From Candidatus Eiseniibacteriota bacterium (lineage in GTDB: Bacteria > Joyebacterota > Joyebacteria > Joyebacterales > Joyebacteraceae): DNA of 44,078 nucleotides. A model generated the notes under the pieces. It did no database searches. It saw only the letters and a list, made by a program, of their open reading frames with translations, and was not told the DNA's origin. Positions 26,582-36,103 of the stretch are shown one piece after another; position 1 is the first letter of the stretch; each line of letters begins with the position of its first letter. The stretch lies in assembly GCA_043819135.1 (NCBI GenBank), contig JBDRFG010000015.1, positions 1-44,078 on the forward strand, written 5' to 3'. Both the position numbers and the translations under genes were made by a program.

Positions 26582-28558
26582 CTATTCACCCTCGACGTGA
26601 ATGGTCATTTCAAAGAAGCCGACGGCCTGGTTCTCCACGGCGAACTCGCGCTCGCAGAGCACCGAGAGCGCGGATGGATCGACGGCGCCACTCGTGGCGC
26701 TCGAGACCATCGCGAGGCCCACCCTTCCGGGGACGCCTCGCATCTCCATGCCCGACAGCGAAAGGCCGGGGCTGTCGGAGAGCAGCTGTGCGACGACGAT
26801 GTTCCCTGGCTTGGAGCGTCTGACGAGTTCCAGAAGCTGCTCGTAGCTCCGCGGCACGGCCCCAAATCCCAACCGATCGCGCTCTGACAGATGGAACGAC
26901 GTGGCGTCTCCGACCCGCAGGGTGATCGTTCCCGTGGGAAGCGAGTCGGGCAGGCGAAGCGACAGCTCGCGTTCGAACGGCTCGCCGCGCCTGGGACGCA
27001 GGAACACACGGATCCCGACCTCGTCGCCCGGCCGGTATACGCTCCGGTCGGCGTCGACGCGGGCGATCGCGGTCCACAGGTCCCCTTCCCGGACGACCAC
27101 ATCGAGCTCGACGCTCTTCAAGTCTCGCTCCACGAACGCGTTCTCCGTCAGGACGGACAACAGAAGCGACAGCTCACCGCTGCATCTCATCGCCGGCTCG
27201 CTCGTGCTGAAGACGTCGCGGTAGTCCACCAGCTCTTCGCCGGTGTCGATCCGCGCGCTGAGCTCGACGGTCACGGGGCCCGAGGACTTCACAGCGCTCG
27301 ACATCGCTCCTCCGAATGCCAGCCCGCTGAAGAGCGCGGCGTATGGGCGGTCGCTCACGGTCTCGAATTCGAAGCGGCGCTCGCTGCCGTCGTCCCTGCG
27401 GATGTTGACAGTGAGCGGGACCATTGGCGGTCCCGGACCGATGATGCCGGCCACGGCCCTGTTCCGGTCTTCTCTCATCGTCCCGAGAAGCTCCCCGCCG
27501 GTCGCGTACTTGAACGACATCGACTGAAGAGGCATGACGGCGTGGACGTAGGCGGAGACCATCGGCATGTCGATTGATCCCGCGTTGAAGAGCGGGTGAC
27601 CGAACGCGACCAGCCGGTCGCCGTCGCGGTGAGTGACGGTGCCTATCGCGGTCCAGTTGACATCCCCTCTGACGAACTGCACACCTACCGCGGAGCCGGG
27701 CTCGAGGACCGCGGCGCCCCGCCCAACGTCTGTCGGGGACTCCGTGAGAGACGCGGCGGAGGTGGTGGATGTCACGCTGTCCGGCGAGCGACCGGAAGCG
27801 GCGATCCCGGATGCAACTCCCGCCCCCCGCATTGGGGTCACTCCCGAGCCAAGGACATCCGACACGCGACGAAGGTAGTCCTCCGTGGCGCCCGACACGA
27901 CCAGGGGGGCCGCTATCGAGACCAGCTTGCGATCGCGGAACGCGACCGGGGACGGATCGACGCGTGCCGCCGCGCGGAGCGGCAGCACGCCCGCCTCGTC
28001 GATGATCCGGGCGAGCGACGAGGTGGCCCTCTCACCCCCGGGCAACATGGCCAATCCGGGAAAACCGTCTGCGCCGGTGGACCGGCTCGCTTGGTCCCCC
28101 GAGTCCATCAGTTCCAGAGCGGTCAGCATCTCCCCTATCGGAGTGATACCGGCGATGGGCTCTTTGCTGAACTGCCATGTCGAGGCGATCGCCCCGACGA
28201 GCCTCCCGTCCTTGTAGACCGGACTCCCGCTCATGCCCTCCAGTATGCCAGTGCCCTCGAGCGGGGTGCCTTCCGCCCTGCCGATGATGAGGTCGGTGCC
28301 CGGCGCCGCCCCGCGCACGACTCCGAGTATCGTGAGCTCGAACTCCTCGATGTTCGTCCCGACGAAGACGGTCCGCCCCACGCACCTGTCTCCGCGCCGC
28401 AACTCCTCAACGGGCACGAAGCGCTCATCGGGACCGTCCGCGCGCGCGGCGTCGGCCGCGAGGACGGATGGAAGCGATACGACGATGAGCGCGGAGACGA
28501 ACGCCGCGGAGGCGAAGGCGGAAGCGGATCCCGAGCGCATGCCGAATCTCATCTGCAC
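26582..28558 (-). CDS. SpoIVB-like peptidase S55 domain protein, secreted
   Basis: Signal peptide; GILEGMSGSPVY..GRLVGA serine motif; AIGTVT...AFGHP histidine motif; no PDZ domain recognised. Confidence 0.85.
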   Translation of the reverse strand: MQMRFGMRSGSASAFASAAFVSALIVVSLPSVLAADAARADGPDERFVPVEELRRGDRCVGRTVFVGTNIEEFELTILGVVRGAAPGTDLIIGRAEGTPLEGTGILEGMSGSPVYKDGRLVGAIASTWQFSKEPIAGITPIGEMLTALELMDSGDQASRSTGADGFPGLAMLPGGERATSSLARIIDEAGVLPLRAAARVDPSPVAFRDRKLVSIAAPLVVSGATEDYLRRVSDVLGSGVTPMRGAGVASGIAASGRSPDSVTSTTSAASLTESPTDVGRGAAVLEPGSAVGVQFVRGDVNWTAIGTVTHRDGDRLVAFGHPLFNAGSIDMPMVSAYVHAVMPLQSMSFKYATGGELLGTMREDRNRAVAGIIGPGPPMVPLTVNIRRDDGSERRFEFETVSDRPYAALFSGLAFGGAMSSAVKSSGPVTVELSARIDTGEELVDYRDVFSTSEPAMRCSGELSLLLSVLTENAFVERDLKSVELDVVVREGDLWTAIARVDADRSVYRPGDEVGIRVFLRPRRGEPFERELSLRLPDSLPTGTITLRVGDATSFHLSERDRLGFGAVPRSYEQLLELVRRSKPGNIVVAQLLSDSPGLSLSGMEMRGVPGRVGLAMVSSATSGAVDPSALSVLCEREFAVENQAVGFFEMTIHVEGE

Positions 28559-28610
28559 CTCTCAGAGAATGTTGTCGTTCGCGGCGCACGGTCTGCCGAA
28601 CCGTCCGGCG

Positions 28611-28640
28611 AGTCTGGCCCACCGGGCGCGCCCGTGTCAA
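28611..28640 (-). promoter_or_regulatory. Possible sigma70 promoter for the S55 gene (TTGACA-N18-CAGACT)
   Basis: Consensus -35; the spacer contains the palindrome CGGGCGCGCCCG; the -10 is weak. Confidence 0.35.
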
Positions 28641-28686
28641 GGACCGGGGCGGTCCGTGTCCGGGGCGGTCAAAGGGACCGGCGTGG

Positions 28687-29439
28687 TCACGGGGCCTGTC
28701 GTGGAGCCTGAAGCGGACGACTCTCCGATGTCACGCGGGCTTCCCGGGCTTCCCGGAGTTCGTCCGTCAGTCTGAACCGAACGCGGTAGTACTTCAGGAA
28801 CGGGGCGGGGCTGCCGTCGACGAGATAGGGCGCAAACCTCCACTGCAAGAGCGCGCGCTGCGCCTCCAGATTGCACTCGCCGCTGACCTCGGACTCGACG
28901 AGCCATGCCTGGTGGACCTCGCCGGTCGCCTCCACCCTGATCCCGAAGACGGCGACGCCCTCGATGCCCGCTTCTATCGCGGACTGCGGGTAGACGGGCT
29001 CGACGAGGTGCTCGATCACTATTTCCTGTCCGGTAGGTTGTGGGTGCGAGGTGTCGCGCAGGTTCCGGACGTCGTCTCCCAGTGCCGGGTCCAGCTCTTC
29101 GACGTCGGCCTCGGTCGAGGTCTTCCTCGGCAGCGCGAGTTCGGCGATGCGGAGCTCGACCAGCTGGAAGCCGGAACCACCCAGTTCCCCGCCTCGCGCC
29201 AGCGCCTCGTTCTCGGTCTCGGCCGCGTCCCTCATTACCGAGATCTCAGGGAGCAGGCGAATCTCTCCCCTGTAGCCACTCCGTCTGACGAGGGGGATCC
29301 TGTCCCGCAAGGGCGCGACAGCCAGCACCAGCAGGAGGTGGAACACGACCGCCCACGCGGTCGACCAGACGATCCTGCTCCTGTAGCGCCGGTCGCGTCC
29401 GCGTCGGGTCGTAGTGCTGTAAGACGGGCGCTCAGACAT
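28687..29439 (-). CDS. TonB family energy transducer (TM anchor plus TonB C-terminal domain)
   Basis: AVVFH TM helix; P.YP..A...GIEG...V...G.V, A..A..QWRFAP...G.P. Confidence 0.8.
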   Translation of the reverse strand: MSERPSYSTTTRRGRDRRYRSRIVWSTAWAVVFHLLLVLAVAPLRDRIPLVRRSGYRGEIRLLPEISVMRDAAETENEALARGGELGGSGFQLVELRIAELALPRKTSTEADVEELDPALGDDVRNLRDTSHPQPTGQEIVIEHLVEPVYPQSAIEAGIEGVAVFGIRVEATGEVHQAWLVESEVSGECNLEAQRALLQWRFAPYLVDGSPAPFLKYYRVRFRLTDELREAREARVTSESRPLQAPRQAP

Positions 29440-29552
29440 GGCGGTTCCATCCGCTGTTACAGGGAGGGACGTCCCGAACGAGGCTCCATAGAGTCTGACA
29501 GACCGGCGGCGCGAGAGGTTGGCTCCCACCACGCCGGCGCGCCGAGCTCGTG

Positions 29553-30770
29553 CTAGAAAGTGAAGCCCTTGGGCACGACGACGACGCCGTTGTCGGAGAT
29601 TGTGAATCGCCGCGCGTCCTCGTCGGGATCGTACCCGATCTGGGTCTTGGGGGGGATCCGCACGCCCTTGTCCACGATGACGCGTCGCAGTTTCGCGTAC
29701 CGCCCGACGTCGACGTCCTCCATGAGGATGGACTCGAACGCGTAGCTGTAGCTGTTGGTCCTCACGCGCGGCGAGAGCACACATCTCTGGATCCGGCCTC
29801 CAGAAATGATGCACCCGGTAGACACTATCGAGTCGACCGCCACGCCCATTCTGTCGCCCTCCTGAGCTCCGTCGTGGAGGAATTTGGCGGGCGGGTACCT
29901 GCCCTGGTAGGTGTGTATTGGCCATTCCCTGTCGTAGAGGTTGAGTTCGGGAGTCGTGTCGACGAGGTCCATGTTGGCCTCCCAGTACGCATCTATCGTG
30001 CCGACGTCGCGCCAGTAGCCGGGGGCGCCGTCATGACCGAAGGAGTAGGCGCGGACATCGTCGTCCCTCCCGATCAACTCGGGCAGGAGGTCGCGCCCGA
30101 AATCGAACATTTCGCGCTCGGCCGCCTCGCTCAGACGCTCGATCAGAAAGTCGGTGTTGAACACGTAGACCCCCATCGACGCCAGTACGCGGTCGGGCTT
30201 CCCCGGGATCGTATCGGGCCGCTCGGGCTTCTCCTGGAATGCACGGATCCGGAAGGTGTCGTCCACTGTGATCACGCCGAACTCCGACGCCCCCTCTGCC
30301 GACCGCTCCTGCGCGCAAACGGTCACGGCGCCCCCCGCGGCGGCGTGGTAGGCAAGCAGGCCCGTGTAGTCCATCTGATAGACGTGATCGCCCGAGAGCA
30401 CGAGCACGTGGCGGGGCCTTGGCTTCAGCTGGTCCAGGAGGTAGACGTTCTGCCAGATGGCGTCGGCGGTCCCCCTGTACCACACCTCTCCGAGCCGCTG
30501 CTGCGCCGGCACGCTCTCGATGAACTCACCGAGCGCGTAGCTCAGATGGCCCCAGCCGCACCGAATGTGCCTTGTCAGAGAAATGGACTTGTACTGGGTC
30601 AGCACGAAGATCCTGCGAAGGCCCGAATTCATGGCGTTGGAGAGGCTGAAGTCGATGATCCTGTAGATGCCCCCGAAGGGCACCGCGGGCTTGGCCCGGT
30701 CTCTGGTGAGAGGCCAGAGACGCTCCCCCCTACCTCCCGCCAGGATCATGACCACGGTGTCCTTGTGCAT
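29553..30770 (-). CDS. glgC: Glucose-1-phosphate adenylyltransferase
   Basis: ILAGGRGERLWPLTRDRAKPAVPFGG, YRGTADA, LSGDHVY, FQEKP, ASMGVYVF, YWRDVGT. Confidence 0.97.
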   Translation of the reverse strand: MHKDTVVMILAGGRGERLWPLTRDRAKPAVPFGGIYRIIDFSLSNAMNSGLRRIFVLTQYKSISLTRHIRCGWGHLSYALGEFIESVPAQQRLGEVWYRGTADAIWQNVYLLDQLKPRPRHVLVLSGDHVYQMDYTGLLAYHAAAGGAVTVCAQERSAEGASEFGVITVDDTFRIRAFQEKPERPDTIPGKPDRVLASMGVYVFNTDFLIERLSEAAEREMFDFGRDLLPELIGRDDDVRAYSFGHDGAPGYWRDVGTIDAYWEANMDLVDTTPELNLYDREWPIHTYQGRYPPAKFLHDGAQEGDRMGVAVDSIVSTGCIISGGRIQRCVLSPRVRTNSYSYAFESILMEDVDVGRYAKLRRVIVDKGVRIPPKTQIGYDPDEDARRFTISDNGVVVVPKGFTF

Positions 30771-30843
30771 CCCGCCTCCGATCGAGCTGCTTTGCCTCCG
30801 CGCGCTATCCGCACAAGACCCGTCGCCACCGACGGGTCGCCTC

Positions 30844-30874
30844 ATCATATACGGCGCGCCGCCCGCGGTGTCAA
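30844..30874 (-). promoter_or_regulatory. Sigma70 promoter for glgC
   Basis: Minus strand TTGACA-N17-TATATG (overlapping TATGAT). Confidence 0.55.
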
Positions 30875-30970
30875 GCGAGACCTGTTCAGAACAGCGTCCA
30901 GCACCCCCGTGGAGCGCACGAGCCGTTTCCTCTATAGTGGACGCACTGTGGGACCCAGGCCCTTTTTCTG

Positions 30971-31000
30971 TTGACAACCGCCATACCGTGCTCCGAGAAT
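30971..31000 (+). promoter_or_regulatory. Sigma70 promoter TTGACA-N18-GAGAAT
   Basis: Consensus -35 about 110 nt upstream of the 31085 start. Confidence 0.5.
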
Positions 31001-31084
31001 GACCCGCGGAGTCCAATGGGATGCGGCCGCACCCCGGATCGGCTGGGACCATGGTCGCATGGCTCACGAAACAGGAGGTGTCCC

Positions 31085-32302
31085 GTGAAGTGGACTGTAT
31101 TTGTGATGGTCGCGGCTGCCTTTATCTTCTTCGCGTGCGCGCCGGCTCTGGCGAAGAATGAGGTGGCCTCGCCAATCTACGATGTCGAGCCCGGCAGGTA
31201 CCCGAACCAGGTGTTCTGGACCGACGACATGGAGGGCGACGTCAGCGGCTGGAGCACGGCTGATCTATCGGCCTCCGCAAGCCCGCATTTCCACGTTGAC
31301 ACCTACATGGCGTTCGCCGGCAGCTACTCCTGGTGGTGCGGCAGCTTTGCCTACGACGCCGACGGGGGCTACGGCAACAGCTGGGACGACCGGCTCAACA
31401 TCCCGGTCACCGATGTCTCCGCCGCCACTTACCCCATCTTCACATACGCGTTCCGGCACGATTCCGAGACGGGGTACGATTACACGTACGTGCAGGCGGA
31501 GAGCCTCGGCGTTTTCGTGAATCTGAACAAGGGCTACGACGGTACCCAGCCCTGGTCGGACATCGGTCAGTACGGGTTCATCATGGCCACATACGACAAC
31601 CCGTTCGTCGCGCGGTTCCGCTTCGTCTCCGACGGCGCCTGGTCGGACCAGGACGGCGACTATCTGTCGGTCGGTGGCGGTTTCATGTGCGACAACGTGA
31701 AGATCTTCGACTACTTCGGCGGCTACGTGTACTTCTATGACGACGTGGAGTCGGGCGGCCTGTGCACGCCCACCGTCCCGGCCGCGGCGGGTGACTACTG
31801 GCACGTCATCGACAGGATGTGCCCGGCGCTCTCTGACCCGCACAGCTGGTGGTGCGGCGACGACGCCGACACGGGATTCGTTCCGCCGCTGCTTCAGAAC
31901 GCGCTCTACTCGCCGCTCGTCGACCTGACGGGTGCGTACACATGCACGGTTCATTGCGCGCTTCATTTCGCGATCCCCCAAGTCGACAACGACTACCTGG
32001 CGCTGCGTGGCACCACCGACGGAGTCACCTACTACGACATCGCGGCCTACTGGGGCGACTTCGAGTCGTGCGATGGCTGGGGCGGCGGCGCCTACAACAC
32101 CGGCTTCGACATCACGCAGTTCGAAGCACCGCCCTACACCTGGGGTGGGTTCCTCTGGGTCATGTACACCACCGACAACGGTTGCGGACCGGCCGGTGCC
32201 GGCGACGCCGGTGCCATGATCGACGACGTGTGGTTCGAGGGTCTGCACGAGGACCCCGTGGAGAACGCCTCCTGGTCGCGGGTCAAGGCGCTCTATAGAT
32301 AG
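31085..32302 (+). CDS. Secreted protein with two tandem MAM/immune-inhibitor-A-like jelly-roll domains and a short C-terminal tag
   Basis: AGGAGGTG RBS and GTG start; signal peptide ...APALA; repeated 'F.DD.E....HV....SWWCG ... (I)D(D/N)V'; RFRFVSD; ends PVENASWSRVKALYR. Confidence 0.8.
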   Translation: MKWTVFVMVAAAFIFFACAPALAKNEVASPIYDVEPGRYPNQVFWTDDMEGDVSGWSTADLSASASPHFHVDTYMAFAGSYSWWCGSFAYDADGGYGNSWDDRLNIPVTDVSAATYPIFTYAFRHDSETGYDYTYVQAESLGVFVNLNKGYDGTQPWSDIGQYGFIMATYDNPFVARFRFVSDGAWSDQDGDYLSVGGGFMCDNVKIFDYFGGYVYFYDDVESGGLCTPTVPAAAGDYWHVIDRMCPALSDPHSWWCGDDADTGFVPPLLQNALYSPLVDLTGAYTCTVHCALHFAIPQVDNDYLALRGTTDGVTYYDIAAYWGDFESCDGWGGGAYNTGFDITQFEAPPYTWGGFLWVMYTTDNGCGPAGAGDAGAMIDDVWFEGLHEDPVENASWSRVKALYR

Positions 32303-32322
32303 AGACAGAGATAGAGACAGAC

Positions 32323-32343
32323 GGCAGGGCGGCAACCCCTGCC
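32323..32343 (+). terminator. Hairpin GGCAGGG-loop-CCCTGCC after the secreted-protein gene
   Basis: 7-bp GC stem with no strong U tract, preceded by an AGATAGAGACAG duplication. Confidence 0.35.
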
Positions 32344-32473
32344 TGACGATACCAGCGCGGCGCGCTCCCGGGAATCGACCAGGTTCCAGGCTGTGCGCCG
32401 CGCTGCTATTATGGAGCCGCTCACGCGTCACTCCCCGTCGTCCCCGTAGTCGGCATTCCTGAGGCGGGAGTTC

Positions 32474-32502
32474 TTGACTAGAACGATGAAATGGGTTAAA
32501 GT
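32474..32502 (+). promoter_or_regulatory. Sigma70 promoter TTGACT-N17-TAAAGT for gingipain-like gene 1
   Basis: AT-rich patch with correct spacing, about 57 nt before the ATG. Confidence 0.6.
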
Positions 32503-32559
32503 GAGGTGATAGGATAGGTTAGGCAGTAGTGACTCCGGTGAAGGTGAAGGGGGATCTCC

Positions 32560-35500
32560 ATGCGCTTGTCCGGTCTTCGGATATCGCTGCTCGTTGTCGT
32601 CGCACTGTGTACGCTCGGCGTCGCGGCCTCTGCATCTGCCGAGGCGCTTACGACGACCATTCGTGTATCGCCGCAGGATCTGTCCCTCGAGCGCTCGGGC
32701 GAGTTCGACGTCGTGCGGCTCGAGGGTCGGCTGACCACACACGCGGAGGGATACCCCGAGCTGCCGCTCGAGCTCGTCAGGTTCGCTCTGCCGGACGGGA
32801 TGGTGGCGGTCCGTGCCGACGCGAGGGTCCTTTCGCAGCGCGAGCTTCCCGGATCGTACCTCGTGCGACCTCGACAGCCCGAGGTCCCGCTCTCCATGCC
32901 CGAACTCGCCAGATGGACCGACCCGAACCGGACGGCGTACGCGTCACAGCTCCCCTACCCGGAGCAGAGCTGCGTGCTCCTCGGCTCGGGGAACGCGGGC
33001 GGCCAGGGCATCGCCACGGTCGCGTTCCACCCGGTCCAGTATGTGGCGGGGCGCGGGCAGCTCACTCTCAACGAGCGGACCGAGATAACGCTCACGCTCG
33101 AACCCGCACGCAGGACCGTGAGGATGCCGGGCATCCAGTCCCCCGGATCGGCGAGGGCGGCCGCGGACCGTTCGCGCTCGCTCGTCGTCAATCCGGAGGA
33201 CGTGATCGACCGCACGGCAGGCCCCAGGGCGGGCCGCGGTGAGGTCGACTACCTGGTCATCACCTCGTCCTCCTACGAACCCATCTTCCAGGATCTGACG
33301 GACTGGAAGGAGCAGAAGGGCCTCACGGCCGAAGTGGTCACCACGACCTGGGTCTACGCCAACTACGGAGGAGTCGACCAGCAGGACCAGATCAGAAACT
33401 GCATCATCGACTACTACGAGAACAAGGGCACCGTGTGGGTGCTTCTGGGAGGAGACACCGGTGTCGTCCCGGAGCGCACGGTCTACGCGATGACGTCCGG
33501 GGTCGGCGGGGCGGTGGACGAGAACAAGATCCGTTGTGACCTCTACTACGGCGACCTGGACGGAACGTGGGACGGGAACGCCAACGGCACGTACGGCCAG
33601 ATCACGCTGGACGACATAGACATGTACGCTGATGTCTTCGTGGGGCGCGCGCCGGTCGACGACACAACGGAGGCCGAGCGGTTCGTCAACAAGGTCCTGA
33701 CCTACGAGGGCGCTCCAGCCGGAGACCCGCTGCCCACGGACTATCAGCGGGACATACTGTTCATGGCGGAGGTCCTCTGGACCGACCCGTGGACCGACCA
33801 CGCGATCTGCAAGAACATGATCGACGACGAATCCGTCCCGTCGCGGTTCGACCCCATCACGAAACTCTACCAGACGAGCGGCAACCTGTCGACTTCGAGC
33901 GCGGTCGCGGCCATGGACGAGGGGTACAACATCGTCAACCACAACGGTCACGCCAACACGACGGTCCTGTCCATCGGAGGCAGCGCTCTCTACCGCTCGC
34001 ACTTCGACGGCCTGACCAACGCCCCGAGATACGGGCTCTTCTACTCGATGGGCTGCTGGTCCGCCGCGATAGACAAGGACTGCATTGCTGAACACTGGAA
34101 CAACTCGCCGAGCGGGGGCGGAATAGCCTACATCGGCAACAGCCGCTACGGGTGGGGCTCACCCGGCAATCCGGGCACCGGAACCGGCGACGTGTTCGAC
34201 AGGGAGTTCTTCAAGAAACTGTTCAACGAGGGGCTGGAGCGGGCCGGCGTCGCGCACGCCGCGCACAAGGACGTCTTCGTCGAGCAGGCTCGGACGAACG
34301 GCTACGTGCGCTACACGCTCTACGAACTCAACCTCCTCGGAGACCCCGAGACCACGATATGGACCGAAGATCCGGTGATCGCGTCGGTCACGCACGCGGA
34401 CGAGGCGCCACTCGGAGAGCACGAGCTGCTCGTGACCGTAGCGCGAGAGGGCGCAGCGCTTGCGGGCGCCACCGTCCACCTCTCGAACGACGAGGTGTCC
34501 GTTGTCGCGACGACCGGGCCAGACGGAGTGGCGGTGCTGTCTCCGGCGCCGACGGTCGAGGGAACGATGGCGATCGTGGTCACCGGCCGGGGCGTCCTCC
34601 CCTACGAGGGCGGCATGGCCGTTGTCGACCAGCCCCCGGACACCGATGCTCCAATAGCGATCGACAACATGACGCCCGCCGACCCGTTCGACCTGGGCGG
34701 GGTCGTGCTGCTGAACTGGGAGGGATACTCGCCCCCCGCCGACTTCGCGCACTACCGGGTCTACCGCGACACAGAGCGCTTCTGGGACGTCGCGGGCATG
34801 ACGCCGATAGCGACCGTTCTGGACGCTGGCTCGACTGACTGGGCCGACGTCACGGCGGAGAACAGGCGGGACTACTACTACGCGGTCACCGCGGTCGATC
34901 TCTCGGGTAACGAGCGGACGGACGTGTCGTCCGAGGGGCCGGTCTCCGCCACCGTGAATTCGATGATCCTGCTGTGGGACGCCGACGACGGTGACAAACC
35001 GTTCGACGGCATCGGGGACGATTACACCGCAGCCGACGGCAGCGACGTCCCGTGGCGCGAGGCTCTCGACTCCATCGGAGAGCTGTACTCCGTCTCGGAG
35101 ACGCTCCCCGCCGACCTCTCCCCCTTCGAACTGATCATCTACCTGGGCGGAGTGGCTAGCTTCGGCGAGCCCGAGGCGAACGTGACGATGACCGACGACG
35201 ATGCGGCCGCGCTGACGAGCTTCATCGAGGAAGGCGGTGACGTCTACGTCGAGGAGCCCATGTTCGGCTTCGCGTACTACATCAATGGCAGCCCGACGAC
35301 CATCGAGCTCTGGGACCTGTTCCACGCGACGTACTCCACCGGCCTCGGCAAGGCGGACGGAAACGTCGTTTCCGTGACCGGCCAGTCCGGACGACTGACT
35401 CAGGGTATGTCGCTCGACTACGACTATCAGGGATGGCCCGACCAGTTCGTCGGCGAGGTGGGACCGAACGGCGACGCGGACGCGGCGCTCGTCTGGCTGG

Positions 35501-35973
35501 ACCAGGGCGCGCTGGAGCGCGGCGCTCTCTGCGTCGACACGAGCACGGGCAGCCGCCGCTACATGGTACCGGTCCTTCTGGGCGGAATGACCGACGGTTC
35601 GTATCCATCGATCCGCCTCGAGTACGTCACGCGCATACTCGACGACTCCGGTCTTATAGGGACCGCGGGCGTCGATGACGCCGAGGTCGGCCGTCTCAAC
35701 CGGCTGCTTCAGAACTCGCCCAATCCGTTCAATCCGTCGACCTCGATCCGATACTCGGTGGCGAGGGACGGAGCGAGGGTCGGGATGCACATCTACGACG
35801 TCGCAGGCAGGAGGGTCGCCACGGTGCTCGACAAGACCGCGCAGGCCGGCCACCACGTCGCCAGCTGGGACGGTCGGGACGACGGCGGAAGCCCCGTGGC
35901 GTCAGGCATCTATTTCTGCCGCCTGTCCGTGGACGCCTGGAGCGCTACGAGAAAGATGGTTCTCCTGAAATAG
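32560..35973 (+). CDS. Gingipain-like peptidase C25 (propeptide, catalytic, Ig, FN3, alpha/beta domain, FlgD/T9SS-like C-terminal domain)
   Basis: Signal peptide; G.PELP propeptide; WVLLGGD, DLYYGDLDG, DVFVGRAP, catalytic NGHA and GCW, NLLGDPE; LQNSPNPFNPST...SGIYF...RKMVLLK. Confidence 0.92.
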   Translation: MRLSGLRISLLVVVALCTLGVAASASAEALTTTIRVSPQDLSLERSGEFDVVRLEGRLTTHAEGYPELPLELVRFALPDGMVAVRADARVLSQRELPGSYLVRPRQPEVPLSMPELARWTDPNRTAYASQLPYPEQSCVLLGSGNAGGQGIATVAFHPVQYVAGRGQLTLNERTEITLTLEPARRTVRMPGIQSPGSARAAADRSRSLVVNPEDVIDRTAGPRAGRGEVDYLVITSSSYEPIFQDLTDWKEQKGLTAEVVTTTWVYANYGGVDQQDQIRNCIIDYYENKGTVWVLLGGDTGVVPERTVYAMTSGVGGAVDENKIRCDLYYGDLDGTWDGNANGTYGQITLDDIDMYADVFVGRAPVDDTTEAERFVNKVLTYEGAPAGDPLPTDYQRDILFMAEVLWTDPWTDHAICKNMIDDESVPSRFDPITKLYQTSGNLSTSSAVAAMDEGYNIVNHNGHANTTVLSIGGSALYRSHFDGLTNAPRYGLFYSMGCWSAAIDKDCIAEHWNNSPSGGGIAYIGNSRYGWGSPGNPGTGTGDVFDREFFKKLFNEGLERAGVAHAAHKDVFVEQARTNGYVRYTLYELNLLGDPETTIWTEDPVIASVTHADEAPLGEHELLVTVAREGAALAGATVHLSNDEVSVVATTGPDGVAVLSPAPTVEGTMAIVVTGRGVLPYEGGMAVVDQPPDTDAPIAIDNMTPADPFDLGGVVLLNWEGYSPPADFAHYRVYRDTERFWDVAGMTPIATVLDAGSTDWADVTAENRRDYYYAVTAVDLSGNERTDVSSEGPVSATVNSMILLWDADDGDKPFDGIGDDYTAADGSDVPWREALDSIGELYSVSETLPADLSPFELIIYLGGVASFGEPEANVTMTDDDAAALTSFIEEGGDVYVEEPMFGFAYYINGSPTTIELWDLFHATYSTGLGKADGNVVSVTGQSGRLTQGMSLDYDYQGWPDQFVGEVGPNGDADAALVWLDQGALERGALCVDTSTGSRRYMVPVLLGGMTDGSYPSIRLEYVTRILDDSGLIGTAGVDDAEVGRLNRLLQNSPNPFNPSTSIRYSVARDGARVGMHIYDVAGRRVATVLDKTAQAGHHVASWDGRDDGGSPVASGIYFCRLSVDAWSATRKMVLLK

Positions 35974-36074
35974 GCGGGCTGAAGGGATGTCTACCGAGGC
36001 CCGAGAGGGCGTGGCCGGCGGTCCGCTTCTGAGCGCCACAGACGACACAAAGGGGTCAGGAACGGGGAACGTTC

Positions 36075-36103
36075 TTGACCCCTTTGGCTATTTGTGATAG
36101 AAT
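36075..36103 (+). promoter_or_regulatory. Sigma70 promoter TTGACC-N17-TAGAAT with extended -10 TG
   Basis: TTGACC cctttggctatttgTGa TAGAAT; implies a leader of about 270 nt before ATG at 36381. Confidence 0.7.

Noticed and set aside
26582..28558. Evidence for sporulation
   Set aside because: No PDZ domain, permuted motifs, no other spo genes, and diderm markers (TonB, periplasmic adaptor) are present.
32297..32320. AGATAGAGACAG direct duplication as a target-site duplication
   Set aside because: The copies are adjacent with no element between them; simple slippage is more likely.
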